From contig OZ316895.1 of assembly GCA_973895155.1 (NCBI GenBank), forward strand, positions 1,971,659-2,035,658: DNA of 64,000 nt, in the 5' to 3' direction. Positions 40,998 through 53,384 of the stretch are shown here, piece after piece. Source of the stretch: Marsupella aquatica. Lineage: Eukaryota > Plantae > Marchantiophyta. Below the pieces are notes generated by a model. It did not search any database. It saw only the letters and a list, made by a program, of their open reading frames with translations, and was not told where the DNA came from. Made by a program: the position numbers and the translations under genes. The first letter of the stretch is position 1; every line of letters begins with the position of its first letter.

Positions 40998-41512
40998 CTT
41001 TTATGGTGAGTAGTGAGACATAGAATAAGGCTTTTATAGTGGCAGGTGTGGTATAAGACTCACCAAGCTCATTGAAGCTTTATTGTTTTTCTCTAATTCG
41101 TCATTTTATGGTGAGTAGTGAGACATAGAATAAGGCTTTTATAGTGGCAGGTGTGGTTTAAGACTCACCAAGCTCATTGAAGCTTTATTGTTTTTCTCTA
41201 ATTCGTCATAGCCATGGTACTGGCAACCCAACGTTGGCACGATGGATTCATAGGCAGTCAATTCTCACACTTACTGGGTTTCACTAGGAGGAAATTTTAT
41301 ATCAAGTTTTTATGGTGAGTAGTGAGACATAGAATAAGGCTTTTATAGTGGCAGGTGTGGTTTAAGACTCACCAAGCTCATTGAAGCTTTATTGTTTTTC
41401 TCTAATTCGTCATAGCCATGGTACTGGCAACTCAACGTTGGCACGATGGATTCATAGGCAGTCAATTCTCACACGTACTGGGTTTCACTAGGAGGAAATT
41501 TTATATCAAGTT
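40998..41512. repeat. Near-identical tandem duplications (A-A-B-A-B; A ~106 bp, B ~97 bp)
   Basis: TTTTATGGTGAGTAGTGAGACATAG... starts at ~40999, ~41105 and ~41308. Confidence 0.9.
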
Positions 41513-42486
41513 TGCCTGTACTTGATTTCTCTTCTCTATATTGTCACCGCCATAGTACTGGCAGCTTAAAGTTGAAGCTTTAGGGTCGGGAAGGCATTTA
41601 AACACGTTGAAGCAAGCTTGAGACATACACCTCAGGAAATTATATAGATGCATTACAGCCCCAGATTTCTGAGAATGCTCCCACCTAGGTCGTCCATGAG
41701 TGAATCTCCCTATGGATACAGGTTAGTGACCTTCGGCCCCAGAATTGCTATGAGGTACATAATGTTGTCTGGCTCTGCAAACTATCCTGCTTACTCCTAT
41801 CAAACAGGGAAACGTGCACCAGACAAGAAAACACCTTCCTATTTGCCCATCCACACGGTAGACTAAAGCAGATCTCCTGCCACTACTCTTTCTGTCGAAA
41901 AAAAAAATGACTTTGAACGACGAGTTACTAATTCTTTTCGTTACTGTTGTCATGGGACAAGGTGGACAACTCCAACACCTTATTCAACAACCGCATACTT
42001 AGCCTTCGCTGGATATAATGCAACTACAGTACTTACTCGTCCAGAATTACAAAACCACAGAAGCTCTTGAGGTGGTCAATATAAAGAAGGGAGTACAATT
42101 TGCTACTATCCTCCTACTACATACCTGTGTGCAAATCACCTACGTTTCCAAGTTACAAGTAGCTTTCTTCCAATAAAATCATTGCGGTTCTGCGGTCCAG
42201 AAAAATAGAGCAAAAATTGCAACACCTGCCATCCGATATTTCAAAATTGGTATCTTTATGTCAGGTAACTAAGCCTTGAATGACCTTTAAGGAGATCGAC
42301 ACCTCGGAGGTCCTATTCGAAATGTTCATGAAGTGATCATTTTGCACGGGTTTCGAGAAGATCGAGGAAGAATTGTACAGAGCCGTATAGATGCAGTGCA
42401 GCCCCAAGTAAACCAGCGTCCCTTGGATATCCAGTTAGCATCTCAACACGGTGTCGTTTATACAAACACAGGTTCATCCCTGGGGA

Positions 42487-43349
42487 TCACAAAAATAAAA
42501 TTGACAAACCCATGATGAAACAACACCCAGCCATCCATGGGCTTAATCGCTCACCTGCAACGTGGAAATGGAAAACGCATTCGTAAATGCCCACTAACAT
42601 GACTCGAAGACCCAACCCAAATAAAAACAACAGCCTAGCTGGAAAACTGCTGATTGCTTAGTGAACTACAGTGGGTTTTGCAAACTTTAAAAGAGCTTAG
42701 GTGCAATGCTCAACTCGGACAATGAAATTATTTATTTTCAGGTGGTTAGTTGGCACACCAATTCGGGCCGCCTTCCAGAAGAAGCCTCGAAACCTGCGTC
42801 AGGGACATGAACCAAATATCCAACACTAAGTTACTTCCCAGGCCGTACATGTGAGCATAAACGTTACCCTGACAGCTTGGTGCGTTCTAGTCTTGAAGTT
42901 CTCAAATTCGTTACACAGCCATATGCTGTAAAGATTTTCTTCCAACTATCACACTGAAAAAAACCCTAACTTTGCACTACTTCTTCTACCACATGAGATT
43001 GAGAAACTGTAACTGATCTTGTACCCGGTTTTCTTCTCCAGGACTTTCGGGAAGTGGATCTTGATGTACGTGCAAGTGCAGATAACCAGGAGCACCACCG
43101 TCAAAAAGGACTCAAAATTGAAAAGCGCGGACTGCAAAAGCACCGTTGAGATTCCAACATCAGCAAAAAAATAAGAAAGAGCTTTCATCAATTACAATCG
43201 AATTCAACAACACCGTTTACAGAAGAGATATTTCGAAGACAAAGATCGACAAAATCCCCAAAGCAGCCCCCATAGCCCTAAAATGGCGACTTTACGACCA
43301 GAGCAGCAGAGCGACCTAGTGGAGAGTTCATGGAAACAGAACATACCAT
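42487..43349 (-). CDS. Protein kish (TMEM167 family), 4 coding exons, the first contributing only ATG
   Basis: ATG|gtatgt at 43349-43347. Exons 43131-43025, 42793-42759, 42554-42487 give MSALFNFESFLTVVLLVICTCTYIK...GFRGFFWKAARIGERLSPW...ILFL*. Confidence 0.93.
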
Positions 43350-44401
43350 GATCGCAGTCCGTCAATTCAGAAGGTTTCGGAGCATTCGTGAGTGGAGTGA
43401 TGACTCTCTAACAAAAGTACTGTCCGTCCGTCAGTCCGTAGGACCCCTGTCGGCAGGGCACAATCGCTCGGGACACGGTAACAAACCGGGCGAGATTCTT
43501 AATTTTCCAGTCGCTTGTTAGACCATGATTTCCAGAGTCTCGATTGCCGTAGAGACGTTCAAGTGAACTGCAGGACCCAACATTGCAAAAGTCTGAGTAT
43601 GCCAAATTCAAAGATCATCAAAGAGCCCGTGCACGGAAAGAGTGTTGCAAAGCTCCGACTTAGATGCTGATATTCGATCAAATGCGTAAACCAAATGTAG
43701 TAGCAATCGAAAACGAGACAGAGCGTGAGGAGATCGAGCTAAGATTTCTATGACGAAGCTCGAGAAAATGATTCAACCTAGTTGCGAAGGGCTTGAACGA
43801 CCGCGACAGAGTGTTTCATTAATGTAGCTGAGAAGACTGCTGCGCGAGCTTTGACAAAAAACGATTCAACCTACTACTGTAGTTGCGAACGAATTGAGAA
43901 ACCACACAGAGATCGGACAGCGTGAGTGAGGGAAGGAGAGAGCAACAACGAGAAAAAGCAATGCTTCTGCAAAACACCGTTGCCTCACTGTTTTTGGTGC
44001 AAGGATAAGTGTGAAAAAAGAAGCCAGGATGGACCATAACGTTTGACGCACAGCTTGGATGGACCACCATCCCAGATAGACCGTTTCCAAACTTTGCTGT
44101 CAGCTCAAATCGTATATTTCCTTTTGTAAATCTAATTATGTCATCACGAATGATCAATGTGAGCCTTACATTAGGGTGTAGGTTTAAAAAATTGCAGAAC
44201 ACTGAGTGACATTGTTGTTGTCTTTTGTGGTGTTGCTGTCGCCTGCTTGAAGGACAACATTGGCTGTCTTTGGTGGTGAAGCTTGGGCAATGTGACACCA
44301 CTCAATTATAAGTACCCCTATTCTGCTTGTGCTCGGTACTGTGGATGCGGCCTACTTTCGGGCCATAATTTCCATGGGCGGCAGTACAAGCCACTCCTGC
44401 A

Positions 44402-45000
44402 GATTTTTAATATCAGTTTTTAAGTACACTTCCACTTAAGATGTTTGAATTTATAGTACTACCACAGTTTTTGTTGTATTTACAAAAATGTCACAGTTTC
44501 CATATATAGTTCTCTTAGTTACCTTCAGTTGAGGAACTTTGTTGAGCATAGACTACATTCGTAACAACAAGCCCATGAACCATCCAATGCACAAGAGTCG
44601 ACACAGAAAGATACGTGGTTCACCTCCACATGAGGCTACGTCCACGGGAACACACAAGAGCTTTATTGCACTCTAGACCGACCGGCCATACCAAGCATCC
44701 ACAGCACAAGCTCTCCCTATCTCTCAACTAGCTCCGTAACAATGAGCCTAAGTTCCACTAGGGTCTGGTATCAGCCCTGACTATATGCACAACAGCACTA
44801 TCGCTAATATTAGTTAAGTCTTAACCTGAGTTAGACTAACTATGGTTAGCTGACGAGTCACAAGACTAGAGCAATATCTAACAAACTTGTCATCCATATA
44901 CGAAACCAAGGTATTTTTATAAATATGAAAAAAAACCATGGCAGTATTGTCAATAAAAATATCTTTAGTGGCAAAGTACTTAAAAGCTGTTTTTAATATT
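44402..45000. mobile_element. Long-TIR (Mutator-like) MITE interrupted by a solo LTR
   Basis: CAGTTTTTAAGTACACTTCCACTTAAGATGTTT is inverted against AAATATCTTTAGTGGCAAAGTACTTAAAAGCTG. TSD not established. Confidence 0.55.
44540..44883 (-). mobile_element. Copia solo LTR
   Basis: TG...CA with perfect 5-bp TSD AACTT. Shares the TACGTGGTTC...GGCTACGTCCACGGGA motif with the full-length element's LTRs. Confidence 0.92.
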
Positions 45001-45629
45001 GAGGGGCGCTATTCTAGAGTGACCAAGACTCTGGGTGTGACTGAAGTTGGGGGCAGTGGACTACAACTGGGACAGACCCTAACTTTGCCAACTTTTCTGT
45101 CAACTCAAATAGTATTTTGCCCCATGTAAATCTAATTATATAATCACGATGTCAGCCTGTTGTTTAAATTTATATTCTTGAGTGACCAAGAGAGGGTGTA
45201 ACTGAAGTTGAGGGTAGGGGACTACAACCTGGAGAGACAGTTTCCAAACTATTCTGTCAGCTCAAATAATATTTACCCACCCCCATGTGAATTTCCTTCC
45301 AAAATCCCTGGAAGCACATGCAACCACATTAGCACTATTGGTCACAAACAAGAACTGTTAGTTATGCAAAAAGCACCAAACAATACTATGTGTGTTTGAA
45401 ACAAGTCAAAGAAAAACAATTAGACCTTGTAACTGTAAAAACAATTTAAAACTGAAGGATAACATTTAGAATAAAAAATGAAATGGGTGAAAAGGGGGCA
45501 AAAGAAAATAACCTTTGGATGGGTTGTGATTTATATATCGGTGTTTTCTATATATTTAACAATTTTTGGAATAACCACATGTAGAAGAAACTCTTCAACT
45601 AATGTAACATTTACTAAGTTAATGTAAGA

Positions 45630-46328
45630 AACCATTCAGTTACTATGGAAAAAGGAACACCAAGGGAACATAAGAAACCCTTTGACTACTATGGATATGG
45701 ATAAAGGAATACCAAAGGAATATAATTAAGAAACCCTTTGGCTTCTATAGCATTTTGCATGGACTGGATGGACATAAGAGTACTAAGGGAATGTTGTGCA
45801 TGCACTTCTCCCATGAATAATCTACTCATTTTTTCATCTCATATATCTCCATATTCAAACCTATTCCAATACCAGTTCCAATATGCAACTCTTCATGTGT
45901 TCCAACTTAGTTGTTGAATAACATCAAATTTACATAACCAAGGGGTCCTCAAACTAATTTTTTTTGTGCAAATCCAATGATGTAATCACAATGTGAACCT
46001 ATTGTGTAGGTTTACATTCTAGAGTGAATTAGTGTGAATACCCCTTGGTTATGTGAGTTTGATGTTAGTCAACAAATTGGAGGGATGAAGAGTTGCAGAT
46101 TACAATAGGTTTGAATATGGAGATGAAGGGACAAAAAGAGTAAATTATTCAATGATGGGTAATAGTACAAATGTGGCCTAGTGGGTACTCTTATGTCTAG
46201 CCCATGCATGTGACATAGAGTTCATGCAAAATGTTAAGGTTGTTGAGGGTTTATTAGATTCCCTTGATATTCCCATGGTAAGAGGGTTTCTTACATTCCC
46301 TTATTCTTCTGTGCATAGTAACCGAAGA
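45630..46328. mobile_element. Foldback element, ~700-bp imperfect palindrome
   Basis: Paired arms, e.g. CTCCATATTCAAACCTATT / AATAGGTTTGAATATGGAG, ACATAACCAAGGGGT / ACCCCTTGGTTATGT, GACATAAGAGTAC / GTACTCTTATGTC. Confidence 0.75.
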
Positions 46329-47450
46329 GTCTGTCGAAGACTCTTCAATTTTGCACCTAGCGAAGAAGAATTGTCAAATAAGGTGCACGGGTAGATGGGG
46401 AGGAAAATCGATTGGGGGTTCTATGGCATGGGTTGAAGCAGAGTAGTTGTTCTGAGTTAAATTGCATCACTGAGGTGCGTGCAGTTTATAATGGTAGGCA
46501 TTGAGGATACACGAGTCTATTTTCTGTTGTGTGCAGCAGCCGTAGAATACTCATTCGACTCCTATGAATGGCCAGCTCATCCACCTAAAGAACGATTGCG
46601 TAATTAAAGGTGTACATGCGGGTGTACATGAACCATGAGATAAGACAGTCTGCTATCCCGACTGGAGCCAAAATTTCAATGGGTTGAGTACTGTCTGAGT
46701 CATCTGAAACGAATGAGCCATCGACTCGGTCTACTTGGAATTCCATCTATGCCAGGCAACTGAATGCACTTAGGAGTCATGTCTTTCTGGTAAATGCGCA
46801 TACTAACTCAACAGCATGTACTTTGTAGTGTACTGTGTCAAGTGGCATATGCCCACATTCTTTGGACAGAATTTCCATGCTACTATGAACCCGACTATTA
46901 GTATCAATGAGCTTCGGTCCTTCTAGTACGCGAATATATGCGCCCATTGGTTGACAGATTTTCCATACCACTATAAAATGGCCTGTGTTGTTTATACCAA
47001 TGAGTGTTGTTCCTTCTATCGACTTTTCCCATTGTTTTGTTATGACGTTGAGTGTTGTTGCTTCTAAGTATTAATGTGCTTTTGATGTAGTTACCGAGAA
47101 GTACGAAACCCTTCGTATGCGACAGAATGGTGTGGGTTGTCGAGTACAGTCACTAAGGTTGAGGTCCAATGTCATCTTATAAAGTTCTGATGACATTGGC
47201 TGGGAGTAAATCAGCCTGCACGAGCATAGAGTAGCCAACATTCCCGCGGTCTCAATCCTGGGATATCGAAGTCCCCATCAGATCGATCTGAGACTCGGAG
47301 ATTGAAGCGATTTTGAACAGCCAGAGAGCAGTGGCAATTGCCTCCGGCGTAGGGAGCATTTCTCGACGGAGTCTCCAGTCAACTCTTGGAACAAGTGTCG
47401 TTCGCAATTCCGAGGTTTTTGTTAATAGTTTGTCACGCCTTCATTGAGCA

Positions 47451-49574
47451 ATGACATCGCCACTCGCATTCGTACTGCTGCTGCAGCTGGTATTAGTTTT
47501 CGCGGCAGTCGAGCAGATTTTGTGGGTTGACGGGACACCACAATTCACCACAACAACTCCGACATATCCACGAGGGGGGATCAAGGCAAAACTCATTCAT
47601 AGGGACGATTACTTTCGAGATAAGAATGATGCGTCCACACCCAGAGAGAAGGTCGACCGAGCAGCGAGAAGGAGCTTGCTGCGCGTGCAGTATCTCGAGA
47701 GGAAAAGACAACTTGCAGGAACAACCCCGTCAAGTCCGAGTCCGGCTCCGGGCAGTGCCGACTGGGAGACGCCCTTATCGGACGGAGCAACTGCTGAGTA
47801 CCTGATGGAAATCGACCTCGGGACACCCCCGCAGAAATTTGTGGCCATTGCGGACACGGGTAGCGATCTCACCTGGCTCAATTGTGCCCCATGCCAGAGT
47901 GGCTGCGCAAGTGGTACTACTTTTCAGCCAACTAAATCCTCCACATATGCCCCGCTCGCATGCTCTTCGAGCATGTGTCGCTTCCTAAATGAATCTGGAA
48001 AACTCGAGGGAACAGTCTGTCCGCTTTCAAACGATGTCCCTGCGTCAGGATGCAGCTACTCATATTCGTATGGAGACGGGTCGGTAACAAGAGGCACGCT
48101 CGCCCAGGAGACGCTTACCATGCAGATAGTGGCCGGAGGCTCCCAGACTGTGCCGGACTACTGGTTCGGCTGCTCTACCAATGCAGCCAGCAATTCGAGC
48201 CTGCTCGACAGCAGTGATGGACTCGTTGGCTTGGGGCGTGGCAATATCTCCTTCCCAGCTCAATTGGGAAAAGACTTTGGCCAAAAATTCGGATACTGTC
48301 TCGTCAGTAGGTAAGCCACCTTCCAAGCATATAAGAACAACAGATTCGAAGGCACATTATTTACTCTCCTTTCCTTTTCTCGTAGTCACTGTGCACATTA
48401 TTTACTCTCCTTTCCTTTTCTCGTAGTCACTGTCTCATAATTAACACGAACCAGTCGAGGTGATATGGAACTAAATTAAAGCCAGCATCATTGACTGTCT
48501 TCAATTTAAAATTTAAAGCTAGCTTCAATCTTAATTCAATGGTAAGAGGAGAATATCAGGAAAGAAAGGAGAGCCGAGATATGATCGCCTTGAACTCTCC
48601 AAGTTTACCATCATTTTACGTGTTGATCGTTTAATCTGCACTACCTATACGCTCCTTGGCTATGATTACTTAAGGTATTTTTGCTTCTAGACAACTTTGG
48701 TTCCAAGACGATGACAGGAAACGAAGAATCTAACTACAATATGGCTGAGCTTAATGTGCTAGTATGGAGAAAATCTAGAAGAAGGTACACTAATTCGAAA
48801 TTGATTAAATATTGTGAGCGCGAACTGATAAAAGAGTTGGTTATCCTGAACATTGGGACATTCAGGTCGTCATCGCAAGTTCAGGCGAGTCCTTTGTTCT
48901 TTGGCAAGGATGCAGTGCCATCGAATGCAATACTTCAGTTCACTCCCCTTCTCAGCAGCAAAATGATCAGTACCTTCTACTACGTGGGTTGCACGGGGAT
49001 CAGTCTGAACGGGATCACTGTCAAAAACATTTCAGCATCTGCTTTCGCCATCTCGCCAGACGGCAGCGGAGGGTTCATAGTCGACTCAGGCACAACGTAC
49101 ACCATACTAGCGGAATCTATCTTCACCCCATTCATGGCGGCCTTAGCAGCACAAACTAGTAGTCAGTACCAACCATTTCTAGATTCCACTGGCTCCCTAC
49201 TGTGCTACGTCGTTATCTCGTGGAGTGATTGGGTCAAGGACTACGGAAAAGGAGCGCCCAGTATCAGCTTCCAGCTAACAAACACAACGGGCTTCACTCT
49301 GGCGGTGGAAAACGCGTGGATCGAAATGTCCGACACTACAGTGTGCTCGACGATTCTGGGGACTTCGGGCAAAATGAGCATCTTGGGTAATCTCCAACAG
49401 GTGGGCTTCCGTGTTCTCTACGACTTGGAGAACCAGCAGATCGGATTTGTCAAAGCCGATTGCATGTCAAATGCGTTCGTCATTTCAAATTCTCAGAAAA
49501 CCGTCGTGAGCATGGGAACCACTCTACTCTCTGCCCTCCTGTCAATGGTGGCACTCGTATTTACGTTGACTTAA
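47451..49574 (+). CDS. Nepenthesin/CDR1-like A1 aspartic protease with signal peptide and hydrophobic C-terminal (GPI-like) tail, 2 exons
   Basis: Exons 47451-48310 and 48866-49574. Catalytic DTGS and DSGT, Cys-rich insert, YGDGS flap, GLVGLG, ILGNLQQ...YDL...IGF. Confidence 0.94.
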
Positions 49575-49834
49575 CAGTGGTTCGGCACCGAATTCCGGAG
49601 AGATTGCCCTTTGGTGCTGTGAACGGGGACGCCCAGATACTCGATGATAAATTTGGGTTTCCTCATTTTGAACTGTCATAATCCATTCTCCAATTGGGGA
49701 ACTGGGAGCTTCCTCCTCCCTTCGTCCAGGGAGACCCTAAGGGAGACGAGTCCTGGATTGTCATTAATGACCTCCAGACTAGGCTCCCAGCTGCCCAGAA
49801 AACCCAGAAAATTATTATATTTTTAATGTGTAAC

Positions 49835-49948
49835 TAGCTTAGTCTGGACCCCACTTTTGCTTGGAGTTAATGTAAAAAGTCACGTGCTTGCATGGATTCG
49901 AACTCCTCACCTCCACTACACTGGTCTACCACCAGGCTGGCCTGCTCC
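49835..49948 (-). mobile_element. Possible tRNA-derived SINE head
   Basis: Minus strand has A-box-like CAGCCTGGTGG and B-box GAGTTCGAATCC at tRNA-like spacing, but no cloverleaf. Confidence 0.4.
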
Positions 49949-50323
49949 ATGATATTGACTCTTTCCTGGGTTTTAACTTGTCACTAACATTTGCACTTTG
50001 GGCAGCATCCCGTGGGCAACTAGTAGGGAAAGTCATAAATTACATTCCAGGGACTTGAAGACCTGAATCTCCCGTCCATCATGGCATTCAACGTTCATTA
50101 GTGTACTCGTTGCTCATTGCACTACTATGGTGGTAGATCTTATTATACATTTCTAGGTAGGTTTGCCTTTGGCCTCTTTTTTTGAGTTTGTCCTAGGGCC
50201 TGTCCCGAAATTGCCAGTTTTAGTTTGGGGTCACTAGTGTGTAGACAAGCATTTTTGTGTTTGTCACTATTTGTTCTGGGAAAATGCCCTTGGCAGCAAC
50301 CAGAGGCAAAAAGAAGAAGATTG

Positions 50324-50671
50324 TGTGGAGCATAGACAACAATCGCAATGGTAAACACATCAATGGCACATCCAATGCGCAAATAATAAACATAAGAGAT
50401 ATGTGGTTCACCTCCTTGAGTCTACGTGCATGGGGACACACACGAGAGTTTTATTGAACTCTAAGCCCGTCAGTCATACCAAATCTCCAAAGTGTACACT
50501 CTCCTCATCTCTCAAGTGGCTCTGTAACAATAAGTTTTAATTTCACTTATCCTAGCAAACACCGCTTAGGATATAGTGTACAATTTAGTTAACCTAGCCA
50601 CATCTCCGACTACAGTTAACCTAACTATAGTTATATGTCATAATCCTAGGCGTAAGAGTAAATACCTAACA
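50324..50671 (-). mobile_element. Copia solo LTR related to 44540-44883
   Basis: TG...CA with perfect TSD GATTG. Similar start (TGTGGAGCATAGAC) and the GTGGTTCACCTCC motif. Confidence 0.9.
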
Positions 50672-51411
50672 GATTGAGATGCCTACTAGAGTCTATGGGG
50701 TCTAAGTGCAAGCTCCCTGAAAGACAAACCAAACCTGTACTTATCAACGTTATGCATTGTGTCATAGCGCATGTGTATCATTTATGCACTTCCTGATATG
50801 TGCATGTTGCACTTTCCAACAACTGCATGCAAAATTGCTTATGCACTTCTGCAAGTGTCTTGTCAGCTCATAAGTATCTCACTCCTCACATCCCAAATAG
50901 TGATAGTCCACAACTCATGTCCCCTGCACTTGTCAATAAATGCTTTTGACATATGTGTTACACTAATTGATGAATGCATTATTTTGTTATTTAGTGACGT
51001 CAACCTGCACTTACAGACTGTGCCTTTTTTGGTGTATTTTCAAAGAAAAATGTATTAATATATGTAATAGGAGATTACACCACCAACCCACAGTTACCCC
51101 AGGGAATGCACTTATATATGGTGCACTCATGCGCAGAATACATTATAGCACTTCTTATGATCTCTATATCTCTAAGTTTGGGTTTGCATTTGCTTTCTTC
51201 TTTGAGTTTGTCCTATCTGAACATAGTTTGCTTTTTACTTCATCATATTTGTTTGGTCCTTTCAATAAATAGGTCCAGTCTTCTTGAATCAAGATAAGAA
51301 CACAAAAATGAAACAGTTCACTATGGGAGTTACAGTAGATAGTGTCATGGTAGGTAGCAGGTCATGATTGATTGTTTTTCTACCATATACTTGTTTCTGT
51401 AATACAGCTTT

Positions 51412-52050
51412 CTACTAACCCTGTCCCCAAAGTACCCAATAATATTAACATGTTTCTCAAACCAAGTTAGTCATGAACCTGTCCCCCATTTTGTATTTGT
51501 GCCAGGTCACTATTGACTATTCCAAGTGGGGTGAAAATATATCATTTTTCACTCCACAGTTGCCTGGCAAAACCCGACACTTTCAGCCCTCAATTTTACT
51601 CAGGAAATGCAGCACGGTTAGGGAACACTTTCAGCCCTCAATTTTACTCAGGAAATGCAGCACGGTTAGGGAAGGGGGCCGAGGGGGTGGCAAGGCTAGC
51701 CAATAGTTGGCACATGTCAAAGGGAACATGTATACAAGTTGATAACCAACCAAATATTAATAATTAATTTTATTTGGGGATGCGTTAGTAATATCAGGTA
51801 CTTTTGGAGACAAGTTAATGAATACCAACCCAGATATAACATGCAGGACAGATTACTAATTAATTTTATTTGGGGGATGCGTTAGTAATATCAGGTACTT
51901 TTGGAGACAAGTAATACCAGGCACTTTTGGAGACAAGTTAGTAAAAAAACATAGTAATATCAGGTACTTAATATCAGGTACTTTTGGAGACAAGTTAGTA
52001 AAAAACATAGTAATATCAGGTACTTTTGGAGACAAGTTAGTAAAAAAACA
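51412..52050. mobile_element. Stowaway-like MITE with a tandemly re-duplicated right end
   Basis: TACTAACCCTGTCCCCAAAGTACCCAATA at the left. About five copies of TAATATCAGGTACTTTTGGAGACAAG at 51790-52040. Internal 47-bp duplication at 51578-51672. Confidence 0.6.
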
Positions 52051-53384
52051 TACCGCTAGGAAGATCTCAGTAACTTTGATGCGCACAACTGTGCAATGCT
52101 CGTCAGATCCTCACCTTCATGAACACACCTGAAAGATTATCTTTGCAGATTGACAGGCTGCATCTGTATGTAGAGTGATGAATAATCTACTAGCTGGGCA
52201 CTGAAGGCAAGTTAATATCTCACGCACTTTTCGGGTTGTTTGTGTCCCTCCACCTGGAGATATTAGCAAGCATCGCCTGGGTGGGAGAACAAAGACGCAA
52301 GGGTGGATGGAAAAATACACTACTTGGAGCAATTTCGTTTCATTCGTGTCAAGCCAGCATCTTGGTGTATCGATATGATCATGGTACAAGGACATTCTTG
52401 CAGCGTTCGCAGTGGCATGTGGGCTGAAGGCATTATGTTATACCAGTAGGTGTATGAGCCAAGCGTTGATGCATGGGTTCCTCTCAGGAATTGTCGCAAG
52501 GATACACCTAAGTAAGTTCTGTCATCTGATCGTGGAATGGACAGCCCTTGGGAAAGCTTGGCCGAGATTGGTGATATATAAGATCGTTACCACGTGTAAT
52601 ACTCATGAAGGTGAGTCTGGCATCGTCTTACAATCTACATCACATAGCTTGACCGTCTGATCTATTGATCGAAGAAAGTGTACAGAGGACAGTTAGGATA
52701 ACACTGCTGTCGAAGGACTTGTTAAAGGCTTTAAAGTTGACGATAGAAGTTGACTTTGATGAGGATGGAGTTCTCATCCAGGGCATTCTCCGCCAGAAGA
52801 TCGGAAGTGTTAAATTGTGTTTGGTGCGATTGTTTCTGTTTAAACCTTGGCAGATATTTAGTCGTCATAATAATAAAAACAGGCAGTAAGGGCAAAGTAA
52901 CCCCGACTCAAGGCAGATGAATCACAACCTTAGGAAGCAGGACCTGACGGACGAAACCAGGAAAAACTGACCAGTGCGATTGTTTCGAAGGTGATCTTTC
53001 TCACCAGCTGTGTATCTGCTGTCAAGCAAGATCATTATGTGTAGTCTAGATTTTAATCTGACGTAAGTTGGAGTTGAGGAGCCGTCCTGGGCTATGGCCT
53101 CCTCTGGTCACCGACTGTAGTTCACAACATGCCGTTCTTTGGGTCCCTACAGGTTTCCTCGAAGCCTGTTCTGTCCGCTGCATGACTGTCTGATGAGTAC
53201 TTCCGCATGCAAACAGGACTTGATTGTCTAACTCTTTTCTTGTCACCTGTCTCTGGCCGTCACAATCGTTTGCCATCTGCTCGGATTCGTTGAAACCCAT
53301 ATATCTCTTCTGATCACAATAGACCTGCAAAACTGTCCTTGTTTTAACCATACACTCAGCTACTCCCTTTTTCTAAATACTTGG

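Noticed and set aside
49835-49948. tRNA gene
   Set aside because: Has a B box but no acceptor or anticodon stems. Listed only as a possible SINE.
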